A stretch of DNA of 64,000 bases from Treponema sp. (GTDB lineage Bacteria > Spirochaetota > Spirochaetia > Treponematales > Breznakiellaceae), in NCBI GenBank assembly GCA_031255645.1, contig JAIRSC010000090.1, positions 10,927-74,926 on the forward strand, written 5' to 3'. The translations under genes were made by a program, and so were the position numbers. Positions 8,894-17,665 of this stretch are shown here, in pieces. Positions within the stretch are counted from its first letter, which is position 1, and each line of letters begins with the position of its first letter. The notes under the pieces were generated by a model. That model was not told the origin of the DNA, did not search any database, and was given only the letters and a program-made list of their open reading frames with translations.

Positions 8894-10045
8894 ATGATTA
8901 AAACGCTTGTCGCTTTTACCGAAGAAATCGACGATGTGGAATCGGCCGTATCGGAACTTTTGGAACAACTGGATCTGGATCACAAACGCCTGTCCAATTC
9001 ATTGGGGATTATTCACTGTTACAGCGATTTTGTTGACAGCGGAGTCGTCAGGGCCGTTTCCGAAAAGCTTCCCTTTGACACGCTGGGTTCGACGACGATA
9101 AGAGCCTCGTCGTCGCCGGGTATAAGCGAGACGGGGCTTACGCTGACGGTGCTGACCAGCGACGACGTACAATTTGCAAGCGGCGTTTCCCAGCCCGTTA
9201 CCGATTCCGTCGACGCCCCCATTACGGAACTCTACAACAGAATCGCCGCGGGCCTGAACGAAAAACCCGTCATGCTGATGCCGTTCATTCCGTTCCTGCT
9301 CAACGCGGGGGGCGACGAATTTATCGAAAAACTCGACGAGCTTTCCGGCGGCATTCCCGCCTTCGGTACCCTGGCCATTTCCAACGAGCCGGATTACAGC
9401 AGAAGCTATACGTTTTACAATGGCGAATTTTATCCGGCATCCATGGCGCTGGCGGCCCTTGTGGGCGGCGCGTCGCCGGAATTTTTAAGCGTTTCGGTAA
9501 ACAGGGAAAACATCCTCAAGCAAAAGGCGATCATAACGGGGGTAAACCGTAACATTCTGCAAACCGTAAACAACATGCCCGCCGTAAATTACCTTGAGTC
9601 CATCGGTATTGTCAAAGGCGGCAATGTGTCGGGGCTGCAGGCCATGCCGTTTATCATTTATCTGGAGGACGGTTCCATGCTGATACGGGCCTGCATCGGC
9701 GGCGCCGGAAACGGAGACCTGATCCTTTGCGGCGCCGTCCCGCTTAATTCAACCGTCGCCCTGGCTACCATGGGATTCGAAGACGTGATAAACTCCACCG
9801 AAGCCAAAGTAATAGAAGCCCGGAACGCGGCCGGGGGGCGCGGCGTCCTGATATACTCCTGCGCGGGCCGCAACTGGTGCCTGGGCATGCAGCCCCTGGC
9901 GGAGCACGAAAAAGCCCGGGAATGTCTGGGAGACACGCCGTACCATTTTGTATATTCCGGGGGCGAGATATTTCCGTCCCGGCTCGACGACGGCAGGGTG
10001 GTAAACCATCTGCAGAACGATTCCCTGATCATCTGTATTTTGTAA
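8894..10045 (+). CDS. stand-alone FIST-domain sensor protein
   Basis: 383 aa with no TM segment and no output domain. Layout and the C-terminal ...YSGGEIFP...NHLQNDSLI resemble FIST_N/FIST_C. RBS AGGAGGA lies upstream. Confidence 0.6.
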   Translation: MIKTLVAFTEEIDDVESAVSELLEQLDLDHKRLSNSLGIIHCYSDFVDSGVVRAVSEKLPFDTLGSTTIRASSSPGISETGLTLTVLTSDDVQFASGVSQPVTDSVDAPITELYNRIAAGLNEKPVMLMPFIPFLLNAGGDEFIEKLDELSGGIPAFGTLAISNEPDYSRSYTFYNGEFYPASMALAALVGGASPEFLSVSVNRENILKQKAIITGVNRNILQTVNNMPAVNYLESIGIVKGGNVSGLQAMPFIIYLEDGSMLIRACIGGAGNGDLILCGAVPLNSTVALATMGFEDVINSTEAKVIEARNAAGGRGVLIYSCAGRNWCLGMQPLAEHEKARECLGDTPYHFVYSGGEIFPSRLDDGRVVNHLQNDSLIICIL

Positions 10046-10063
10046 TTTATATTTTCCAAGAGG

Positions 10064-12472
10064 ATGGTAATGAGCGAGGAAGAACAGACCCTGAAAGAAG
10101 AAAACGCCGCTTTGCGTCTCCAGCTGAAAAAACTCACCCGCCAGCTTGCCGTTCAGCAGGGCACGATGATGCGCTTTGAACGGGTGTCCGCCATTCGGGA
10201 CGGTCTGGCGGCCAAGCTCAAAGAGGAACAGACCAGACAGGAAAAATTCATGAACATGATGCTGGAAAACAGTTCCAACATCATCATATTACTGGACGGC
10301 GACGGAAGATTCGCCTACTGTACGGACACCTTTCTGAGAATAGCGGGGATTCAGAATTTCGGCCTTGTCAACGGCCTGCATTTTTCCGAGGTCTTCAGGC
10401 GTTTCAACAACGACGCTTTTTTGAAACACGCCGAATCCTGCGTCAGCCGGGCCATGGAAAAACAGGAAACCGTAAAATCGGAAGAAACGCTGGACATAGA
10501 CGGCAGCGGCGAAGCGCGTATCTACAATACCAATACCACCGCGATGCGGGACGAATCGGGCAGGGTCGAGGGAGTCATGATCCTCTTTCACGACGTTACC
10601 GAAACCCTGCGGGCCAAGGAAGCGGCGGAGGCGGCGTCAAGGGCAAAAAGCGCGTTCCTTGCCACCATGAGCCACGAAATCCGTACCCCGCTTAACGCAA
10701 TCCTCGGCCTTTCCGAAATTCAGCTTCAAAACAAACTGCCCGAGGACTCCCATGTCGATCTGGAAAAAATATACAATTCCGGTTCCACCCTGCTGGGGAT
10801 CATCAACGATATCCTCGATATTTCCAAGATTGAAACGGGCAACTTTGAACTTATCCCGGTGGAATACGATACCCCAAGCCTCATCAACGACACGGTACAG
10901 CTTAACATCGTCCGCATCGGTTCCAGACCCATCACGTTCCGCCTCAATGTGGACGACACCCTGCCGGCGAGGCTCTTTGGCGACGAACTGCGGGTAAAAC
11001 AGGTGCTTAACAACATCCTTACAAACGCGTTCAAATACACCAGCGAGGGAACGGTTACGCTGCGGGTCCACTGGGAAAAACGGGATCGGGACGCGTTTTT
11101 AAGCTTTGCGGTAAGCGACACGGGAAAGGGCATACGGAAAGAAGATATCGGCAAGCTTTTTTCGGAGTACAGCCAGCTTGACACAAAGGCAAACCGGGCA
11201 ATCGAAGGCACAGGGCTGGGGCTTTCCATCACCAAGCGGCTTGTCGAAATGATGAACGGCTTCATCGGCGTGGAAAGCGAATACGGAAAGGGCAGTACCT
11301 TTACCGTCCGCGTTTGTCAGAGGATCGTCGAGGAACGGCCCATAGGACGGGAAACGGCGGAAAACCTTATGTCCTTCCGGCTTATCGAACGGCGCAGCAG
11401 GAGCAAAAACCTGGTGCGTAACCGCATGCCTTACGGGAAGGTACTTGTGGTCGACGACGTGGCCACCAACCTCGACGTGGCAAAGGGACTCATGCTGCCC
11501 TACGGCCTTACGATAGACTGCGTATTAAGCGGGCCCGAAGCCATAGAAAAGATACGCGCGGAAAAAATAAGATACGACGCGGTTTTTATGGATCACATGA
11601 TGCCCGGCATGGACGGCGTTGAGGCGGTCCGGATTATCCGCGGCGAAATCGGCAGCGAATACGCGAAAACCGTGCCCATCATCGCGCTTACCGCCAACGC
11701 CCTGGCGGGCAACGAAGAGATGTTCCTTGAGGCGGGCTTCAATTCGTTTATCGCCAAACCCATCGACATTATGCGGCTGGACATGATCCTCAACCAGTGG
11801 GTACGGGACAAGCAAAGTGAAGAGACCCTTTGGAAGGCGGAAGAGGAAAACTCTCCCGAAAGCGAAAGCCCCGGAGAAACGCTGGAAAATGTGAAACTTG
11901 AAGGCATGGATTTTGCCGCCGGGCTCAAGCGTTATGGAACCGAAAACATATACCTGCGTATCCTCCGTTCCTATGTAACCCATAGTCCTGAACTGCTGCT
12001 CAGGCTCGGTTCCCTTACGCGGGAAACCCTGCCGGATTACGCGGTAACGGTACACGGCCTTAAAGGGGCAAGCTACGGTATCTGCGCCGAGGAAATCGGC
12101 AGGGACGCCGAAGAGCTTGAGTTTGCCGCAAAGGCCGGTGACTACGAAAAGGTCGAAACAAAAAACGCGGCGTTCATAGCGAAGGTCGAAGCGCGTCTTG
12201 ACGACCTGCGAAAATTGCTGGAAAACGGCGAAGAAGACGGAAGCGGAAAAACAAAGGCCTTCGCCCCCGACAGGGCCCTGCTCGAAAAACTCGTTGACGC
12301 GTCCAGGCGTTTCAAGCCCGCGATAATGGAAGAAGTCCTCGCCGAACTTGAAAAATACGACTACGAGTCGGACGGGGAGCTTATCCCCTGGCTCAGGGAA
12401 CAGATCGACAATCTGGAATACGACGCCGTAGGGGAAAAGCTCGAGGCGATGCTTTCCCCGCCGGCTTCATAA
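10064..12472 (+). CDS. soluble hybrid sensor histidine kinase (coiled coil-PAS-HisKA-HATPase-REC-Hpt)
   Basis: 802 aa. H-box FLATMSHEIRTPLNAI, G-boxes DTGKGI and GTGLGLSI, receiver VLVVDD...DHMMPGMDG...LTANA, and C-terminal Hpt HGLKGASYGI. No TM helices visible. Confidence 0.85.
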   Translation: MVMSEEEQTLKEENAALRLQLKKLTRQLAVQQGTMMRFERVSAIRDGLAAKLKEEQTRQEKFMNMMLENSSNIIILLDGDGRFAYCTDTFLRIAGIQNFGLVNGLHFSEVFRRFNNDAFLKHAESCVSRAMEKQETVKSEETLDIDGSGEARIYNTNTTAMRDESGRVEGVMILFHDVTETLRAKEAAEAASRAKSAFLATMSHEIRTPLNAILGLSEIQLQNKLPEDSHVDLEKIYNSGSTLLGIINDILDISKIETGNFELIPVEYDTPSLINDTVQLNIVRIGSRPITFRLNVDDTLPARLFGDELRVKQVLNNILTNAFKYTSEGTVTLRVHWEKRDRDAFLSFAVSDTGKGIRKEDIGKLFSEYSQLDTKANRAIEGTGLGLSITKRLVEMMNGFIGVESEYGKGSTFTVRVCQRIVEERPIGRETAENLMSFRLIERRSRSKNLVRNRMPYGKVLVVDDVATNLDVAKGLMLPYGLTIDCVLSGPEAIEKIRAEKIRYDAVFMDHMMPGMDGVEAVRIIRGEIGSEYAKTVPIIALTANALAGNEEMFLEAGFNSFIAKPIDIMRLDMILNQWVRDKQSEETLWKAEEENSPESESPGETLENVKLEGMDFAAGLKRYGTENIYLRILRSYVTHSPELLLRLGSLTRETLPDYAVTVHGLKGASYGICAEEIGRDAEELEFAAKAGDYEKVETKNAAFIAKVEARLDDLRKLLENGEEDGSGKTKAFAPDRALLEKLVDASRRFKPAIMEEVLAELEKYDYESDGELIPWLREQIDNLEYDAVGEKLEAMLSPPAS

Positions 12473-12952
12473 GCGCGGCGCGTGGGCCAGGCAGAGCGCC
12501 GCGGCCAGGGCGTCCGCCGCGTGATCCGGCGCCGGGACAACCGGAAGCCCCAGAATAAGGCGGACCATTTCCTGAACCTGTCCTTTTTCCGCCCGTGAAA
12601 CGCCGGTTACGGCCTGCTTTATCGCGTGGGGGGTAAATTCCGCCAACGGAAGGCTCCGCTCCGCCGCCGCCAGAGACAGGACGCCGCGGGCTTCGGCGAC
12701 CGCTATCGCGCTCGAAACATTTTTCCCGAAATAGAGGGTTTCCATCGCCGCCTCCGCCGGGATCCAGGTTTCAAGAACCTCGTTTATCCGCCGGTAAATA
12801 AAAAAAAGCCGCTCCGCCCTGGGCAAAGCAGCCTCCGTTTCTATACAGCCGTGGGCCAGATAGTTAAGGCGGCTCCCGGCGTACTCAATGACGCCCCAGC
12901 CGCTTGAAGCGAGCCCCGGATCAATGCCGATTATCCGCCTGGGCTTTTTCAC
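12467..12952 (-). CDS. ruvC: crossover junction endodeoxyribonuclease RuvC
   Basis: 161 aa. IIGIDPGLASSGWGVIE and the C-terminal DAADALAAALCLA are RuvC signatures. Its stop overlaps the convergent kinase stop by 6 nt. Confidence 0.85.
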   Translation of the reverse strand: MKKPRRIIGIDPGLASSGWGVIEYAGSRLNYLAHGCIETEAALPRAERLFFIYRRINEVLETWIPAEAAMETLYFGKNVSSAIAVAEARGVLSLAAAERSLPLAEFTPHAIKQAVTGVSRAEKGQVQEMVRLILGLPVVPAPDHAADALAAALCLAHAPRL

Positions 12953-13051
12953 GGGATCGATCCGGAAGTTTGCCGCGTTTTACGCATAAAACCTCCAAAA
13001 AGCGCCGATTGGACGATTTTTCGTCCCGTAAAGGCCGATCTTCGGCAAAGC

Positions 13052-13792
13052 TTATTCAGATGTGAAACCCTCCGGTACGGCCAGATTATGGTATACGTTC
13101 TGAACGTCGTCATTTTCCTCAAGTCTGTCGATCATTCTCATGGCCTTTGCCACGGCGTCGTTATCCAGGCTTACTTCCGCTTCGGCAACCATGCTGATCT
13201 CGGCGCTCATCGTTTCAAAGTTTTTGGCGGACAGAACTTCCATTACCGCCTCGAAATCCTCGGGAGAAGAGGTTACCTCGATAATGCCGTCCTGCAGGGC
13301 GACGTCTTCCGCCCCGCCGTCTATGGCGGCTTCCATAACCTGGTCTTCGGTGTACTTGTCTCCGTCCAGCGTGATAATGCCCTGACGCCTGAAAAGCCGC
13401 GACACCGACCCCGCCTTGGCAAGCTCCCCGCCGCCCCTGGTCAATATGTTCCGCACGTCCGCGGCGGCCCGGTTTTTGTTGTCGGTAAGCACTTCGATAA
13501 GAAGCCCTACCCCGCCGCCCGCATAGGCTTCGTAGGTAAGTTCTTCGTAGTTAACCCCTTCAAGTTCGCCGGTACCTTTCTTTATGGCCCTGTCTATGTT
13601 GTCTTTGGGCATATTCGCGCCCCGGGCTTTTAAAATCGCCGTTCTAAGGCGCGGATTCGCTTCCGGACTGCCTCCGCCCATACGGGCCGCGATGGAAATT
13701 TCCTTAATCAGCTTGGTAAACATTTGGCCGCGCTTCGCGTCCGCGGCGCCTTTCGCGTGTTTAATCGTCGCCCATTTACTATGGCCGGACAT
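13052..13792 (-). CDS. YebC/PmpR family DNA-binding transcriptional regulator
   Basis: 246 aa. MSGHSKWATIKHAKGAADAKRG is the invariant YebC N-terminus. The yebC-ruvC order is common. Confidence 0.9.
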   Translation of the reverse strand: MSGHSKWATIKHAKGAADAKRGQMFTKLIKEISIAARMGGGSPEANPRLRTAILKARGANMPKDNIDRAIKKGTGELEGVNYEELTYEAYAGGGVGLLIEVLTDNKNRAAADVRNILTRGGGELAKAGSVSRLFRRQGIITLDGDKYTEDQVMEAAIDGGAEDVALQDGIIEVTSSPEDFEAVMEVLSAKNFETMSAEISMVAEAEVSLDNDAVAKAMRMIDRLEENDDVQNVYHNLAVPEGFTSE

Positions 13793-13917
13793 AAAGTCTC
13801 CTTCCTGTCAAATTATAGGGATTGTGGTATTCAGGATTCGTAAAACAAGAGGAACCGTCCAGGAGCCGTGACCGGTGGTGATCCGGCCGCGGAGGTATCG
13901 GACAGTTCCTTATATCG

Positions 13918-14142
13918 CTACCATTTGCCCCTGGAGATCGCTTTTGTCAGGGAATCCCTCATAAGCCGTTCAAACCATTCGTAGTTAAAAGGCTGCTTTG
14001 TCCTGACGACAGGCTTCAACTCCAGTTCCATCTTGTCGTGGCAGTCTTCACAGACATCGATGTTGGACACATGGAAATAACCGCGTCCGTTTATTTCCGT
14101 GGTGATGTCCGCGCCGCAAACGTCACAAACCAATTTTTTCAT
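13918..14142 (-). CDS. small hypothetical zinc-ribbon protein
   Basis: Start taken at MKKLVCDVCG (ATG 14140-14142, GAGGAG 8 nt upstream) rather than the longer tracked ORF. CDVC...CEDC gives two CxxC pairs. Confidence 0.45.
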   Translation of the reverse strand: MKKLVCDVCGADITTEINGRGYFHVSNIDVCEDCHDKMELELKPVVRTKQPFNYEWFERLMRDSLTKAISRGKW

Positions 14143-14263
14143 AACAAACTCCTCGTTTTTTGAAGAATATGGGTTTTTCAACACGTCAATTGCAAAAAAC
14201 CACACACCGGATATTATTGGTTCAGTATACCCTATTTAAAAAAAAATGTAAAGTACGAACAGT

Positions 14264-15337
14264 ATGGAGAATTGTCTTATTATTGCCGAATTGGGAACCT
14301 CCCACGGCGGCGACCGGGCAAAAGCGTCCGAATTAATCGCCGCGGCGGCGGAATCGGGAGCGGACTGCGTCAAATGCCAGATTGTCTACGCCGACGAGAT
14401 TCTCCACCCGAAAACCGGTCCCGTGACCCTGCCCGGAGGCGCCGTACCGCTTTACCGGGTCTTCAAAAAGCTTGAACAAAAGCCGGAATTCTACGAATAC
14501 CTTAAAGAACAGACCGAAAACAGGGGGCTGCTCTTCCTTGCGACCCCGTTTGGGCCGAAAAGCGCCGCCCTGCTGAAAAAAATGGGGCCGAAAGCGGTTA
14601 AAATCGCCTCCCCGGAGCTGAATTACCGTTCCCTGGTCGAGGAAATCGCCTCCTGGAAGATTCCGGCCTATCTTTCCACCGGAATTTCCCTTCTTGGGGA
14701 CATTGAGCGGGCAATCGAGCCGTTTCGGGGCGGGGAAGACCGGCTCTGCCTGCTCCACTGTATTACCGCCTATCCCGCCCCGGCGGAAGAATACAATCTG
14801 CGCGTCATCCCCCTGCTAAAAGGCATTTTCGGCTGCGGGGCCGGCGTAAGCGATCACAGCGCGGATCCCGTTTTGGTTCCGGTTCTGGCCTGGGCGATGG
14901 GCGCGTCGGCGATCGAAAAACATTTTTGTCTTTCGCGGGAGGATCCGGGGCTGGACGATCCGATTGCCCTTCCGCCCAAAGACTTTGCCGTTATGGTAAA
15001 GGCCCTGCGCAGGGCTTTTACCATGGAAAAAGAAGCCGTCGCCGCCGAAATCGCGGACGCTTACGGGGCACAGCGCGGCGAAAAGGTTCTTGGAGACGGA
15101 GTCAAGCGGCTTGCGCCGTCGGAAGAGGCAAACTACGAGCGGACCCGGAGAAGCGTCCACGCCCTAAAGACGATACGACGGGGCGAAACGATAAGCGGCG
15201 GCATGATCGCCGTCCTGCGCAGCGAAAAAACGCTCCGTCCGGGCCTTTCCCCGGCGTGGACGGAACGGATCGTCGGGAAACAGGCGAAAAACACCGTTCC
15301 GTCCGGTGAAGGGATCAGATTCGAGGACGTTTTTTAA
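14264..15337 (+). CDS. NeuB-family nonulosonic acid (sialic/pseudaminic/legionaminic) synthase with SAF domain
   Basis: 357 aa. IIAELGTSHGGD, CVKCQ, KIASPEL and SDHS blocks, plus a C-terminal SAF-like region ending GEGIRFEDV. Confidence 0.8.
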   Translation: MENCLIIAELGTSHGGDRAKASELIAAAAESGADCVKCQIVYADEILHPKTGPVTLPGGAVPLYRVFKKLEQKPEFYEYLKEQTENRGLLFLATPFGPKSAALLKKMGPKAVKIASPELNYRSLVEEIASWKIPAYLSTGISLLGDIERAIEPFRGGEDRLCLLHCITAYPAPAEEYNLRVIPLLKGIFGCGAGVSDHSADPVLVPVLAWAMGASAIEKHFCLSREDPGLDDPIALPPKDFAVMVKALRRAFTMEKEAVAAEIADAYGAQRGEKVLGDGVKRLAPSEEANYERTRRSVHALKTIRRGETISGGMIAVLRSEKTLRPGLSPAWTERIVGKQAKNTVPSGEGIRFEDVF

Positions 15338-15505
15338 TTCTTGCCGGAAAAGGATCAAAACATCGATTTTATGCCTGATTTTGTCCGGATTCAATTGAAA
15401 AAAATACGAAAATAAGGGAAAATAGAACAAAGGTGTCTAATTTGATACGTTAAAGCTGTTCCAGGACTTCGGCTTTGGAAACCGGCTTGGACAGCGCCTT
15501 TTTAT

Positions 15506-15545
15506 TATAATGAAGGTTTGTCAAAATCCGGTATTTTGACAAACC
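15506..15545 (+). promoter_or_regulatory. TATAAT box followed by 12-bp-arm / 7-nt-loop inverted repeat (operator- or 5'-hairpin-like) upstream of the PilZ-like gene
   Basis: TATAAT at 15506-15511. GGTTTGTCAAAA-TCCGGTA-TTTTGACAAACC at 15515-15545, then CTCCAACGGAGAATTGAAG-ATG. Confidence 0.4.
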
Positions 15546-15563
15546 TCCAACGGAGAATTGAAG

Positions 15564-16373
15564 ATGGCAAACGCGCCGACAGGTCCGGCACAGTATTTGG
15601 CCCGTTTCAGCGAACAAAGCATCGCCTGTAGTCAGTACGCTCTGACAAAGCTTGGCGTGGACAGGAGTCATTGTTCTCTTAAAATCGACGATTATGTGAT
15701 CCTCTGTGTACCGTTTCAGTTTGGGTTTAAACGTTCCCTTTTTCTCGCCTCGCTTTCAAAAGAGGAACTTACGTTTTTCCAGCGTTACCTTAACGGCATT
15801 GTCGGTCTGTCGATCGCGTTTAATCCCGCGGGACGCAGCGAGCCGGTCAAATTTTTTATCCGCTGTACCCTTTCCACGGTCGGTCAGATGAAAGACCGGG
15901 AAAACGTCGGGCTTTTTGTCGTGGATTTCAAGTCTACCCCGGACGAATTGGTGCTTATGCTGGGATCGTTTCTCGAACAGCAGGACAGGCTCCGTTTTCA
16001 ATACAACGACTACGGTAAAACGATGATACACATAACCCCGGAAACCTCCAAAATACTCGGCTACAATATGTACGCCACAATAATGGCGCCCGGAACCCCC
16101 GCGCGGCGAATTCAGGTGGTCAATCTGAGCAGCAAAGGCGTCGAGCACCTTGAGGCCGCCGGCGCGCCGGTACGGAACAGCGGATTCAACGTAGCCTATC
16201 AGCTTTTCTTCCAAAAATACCGGATATCGGCGGCGGGCACGGTGGAAAGCGCGTCGCGGCTGCCCCAGGGAATCGTCCGCACGGTATCCAGCCTTTCCTA
16301 CAGCCCCGAACTGGTAGAAATTGTAGACGATTACTGGCTCAAAGCCCGCAGCAGACCGTCGCAGAGCCAATAA
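15564..16373 (+). CDS. hypothetical protein, possibly a two-domain PilZ-like (PlzA-like) c-di-GMP receptor with a degenerate RxxxR motif
   Basis: ATG at 15564, 7 nt after GGAGA (the tracked ORF starts at TTG 15558). VVNLSSKG resembles the PilZ (D/N)xSxxG motif, but I could not see a clean RxxxR upstream. Size is close to spirochaetal PlzA. Confidence 0.35.
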   Translation: MANAPTGPAQYLARFSEQSIACSQYALTKLGVDRSHCSLKIDDYVILCVPFQFGFKRSLFLASLSKEELTFFQRYLNGIVGLSIAFNPAGRSEPVKFFIRCTLSTVGQMKDRENVGLFVVDFKSTPDELVLMLGSFLEQQDRLRFQYNDYGKTMIHITPETSKILGYNMYATIMAPGTPARRIQVVNLSSKGVEHLEAAGAPVRNSGFNVAYQLFFQKYRISAAGTVESASRLPQGIVRTVSSLSYSPELVEIVDDYWLKARSRPSQSQ

Positions 16374-17665
16374 TGATAGAGCCCAGAGTACTCAAAGGTT
16401 TCAGGGATTTTCTTCCCGCCCAGGAAACGGCCCGCCGTCTTTTGGTGGAAAAAATCGAAGCGTCGTTCCGTTCTTTCGGCTTTGTCCCGATAGACACCCC
16501 GGCGCTGGAATACGCCGAAATATTGCTGGGAAAGGGCGGCGGGGAAACGGAACGGCAGATATACCGTTTTACCGATCACGGCGGCAGGGACGTAGCCCTC
16601 CGCTTCGACCTGACCGTCCCCTTCGCCCGTTTTGTGGCGGAGCGCCGGGGCGAACTGACGTTCCCGTTCAAGCGCTATCACATCGCCAAGGTATGGCGGG
16701 GAGAAAACACCCAGAAGGGCCGCTACCGGGAATTTACCCAGTGCGATTTTGACATTGTGGGAAGCGACTGCGCCGCCGCCGATTTCGAGATCCTGCTGAT
16801 GATGAAAAAAACCCTTGAAGCCGTCGGCGCCGGGGAAATTACCATCCGAATCAACCACAGGGGCCTTTTCAACCGGTTCCTCGAAAAAACCGGCGTAAAC
16901 GGCAAACAGGCGGAAGTTCTGCGGCAGGTGGACAAACTTTCCAAGATCGGGGAAGACGGAGTGCGGGCCGCCCTCGCGGAACTGCTCGACGATGAAAAAG
17001 CCCGGCGTATCCTGGAATTTTCCGGCTGCGGAAACGGCCGTTCGTTTGAGGAAACCCTCGCCGTCCTTTCCGGGGCGGCCGGCCCGGGACCCGACACGGA
17101 ACGGCTTCAAAGCATCCGGCGCTTTATGAACGACGCCGGCTGCGCCGAAAGTTTTGTCCTCGATCCGTCGATTACGCGGGGCCTTGATTACTACACCGGC
17201 GTGGTTTACGAGACCTTCCTCAACAAACTTCCCGGCATCGGTTCGGTCTGTTCCGGGGGGCGCTACGACAATCTTACCGGGCTGTATTCGAAAGAAACGA
17301 TTCCCGGCGTCGGATCGTCAATAGGGCTTGACCGCCTTCAGGCGGCGCTTGAGGAGCTCGGCGCCGTCTCCGAGGCGGAAGGTGCGGCGGCGGCGATAAT
17401 CTGCCGGGACGGGGAAGAGGCGGGACGTTTACAGGCCCTGGCCGAATCGTTCCGCTCGGAAGGCGTTTCCTGCGACGTTTTTCTTGAACCGAAAAAAACC
17501 GGCCAGCAGTTTGCGCTGGCCGAAAAAAAACGAATAGCCTGGGCGATCATACCCGGCGAGGACGGCCTTACCCTGCGAAACATCGCGACGCGGGAAAACA
17601 GGGAAGGCCTTTCCGCGGACCAGGCGGCGGCGGCGATTAAGGCCGCAAAAGAAGGACGAACATGA
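16373..17665 (+). CDS. hisS: histidine--tRNA ligase
   Basis: 430 aa. PRVLKGFRDFLP, motif 2 FRYERPQ-like (AKVWRGENTQKGRYREFTQCDFD) and GGRYDNL are class IIa HisRS signatures. Start overlaps the upstream stop (TAATG). Confidence 0.9.
   Translation: MIEPRVLKGFRDFLPAQETARRLLVEKIEASFRSFGFVPIDTPALEYAEILLGKGGGETERQIYRFTDHGGRDVALRFDLTVPFARFVAERRGELTFPFKRYHIAKVWRGENTQKGRYREFTQCDFDIVGSDCAAADFEILLMMKKTLEAVGAGEITIRINHRGLFNRFLEKTGVNGKQAEVLRQVDKLSKIGEDGVRAALAELLDDEKARRILEFSGCGNGRSFEETLAVLSGAAGPGPDTERLQSIRRFMNDAGCAESFVLDPSITRGLDYYTGVVYETFLNKLPGIGSVCSGGRYDNLTGLYSKETIPGVGSSIGLDRLQAALEELGAVSEAEGAAAAIICRDGEEAGRLQALAESFRSEGVSCDVFLEPKKTGQQFALAEKKRIAWAIIPGEDGLTLRNIATRENREGLSADQAAAAIKAAKEGRT

Noticed and set aside
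6685-8983. Long minus-strand ORFs (389, 141 and 266 aa) opposite the two HD-GYP genes.
   Set aside because: They are antisense to ORFs with unmistakable REC and HD-GYP motifs and have a low-complexity, motif-free composition.
12467-12472. 6-nt overlap of the convergent stop codons of the hybrid kinase and ruvC.
   Set aside because: It is real in the sequence but a trivial packing feature, with no room for any element.
15450-15671. 73-aa minus-strand ORF overlapping the promoter, hairpin and 5' end of the PilZ-like gene.
   Set aside because: It has no SD, overlaps the better-supported plus-strand start, and crosses the inverted repeat.
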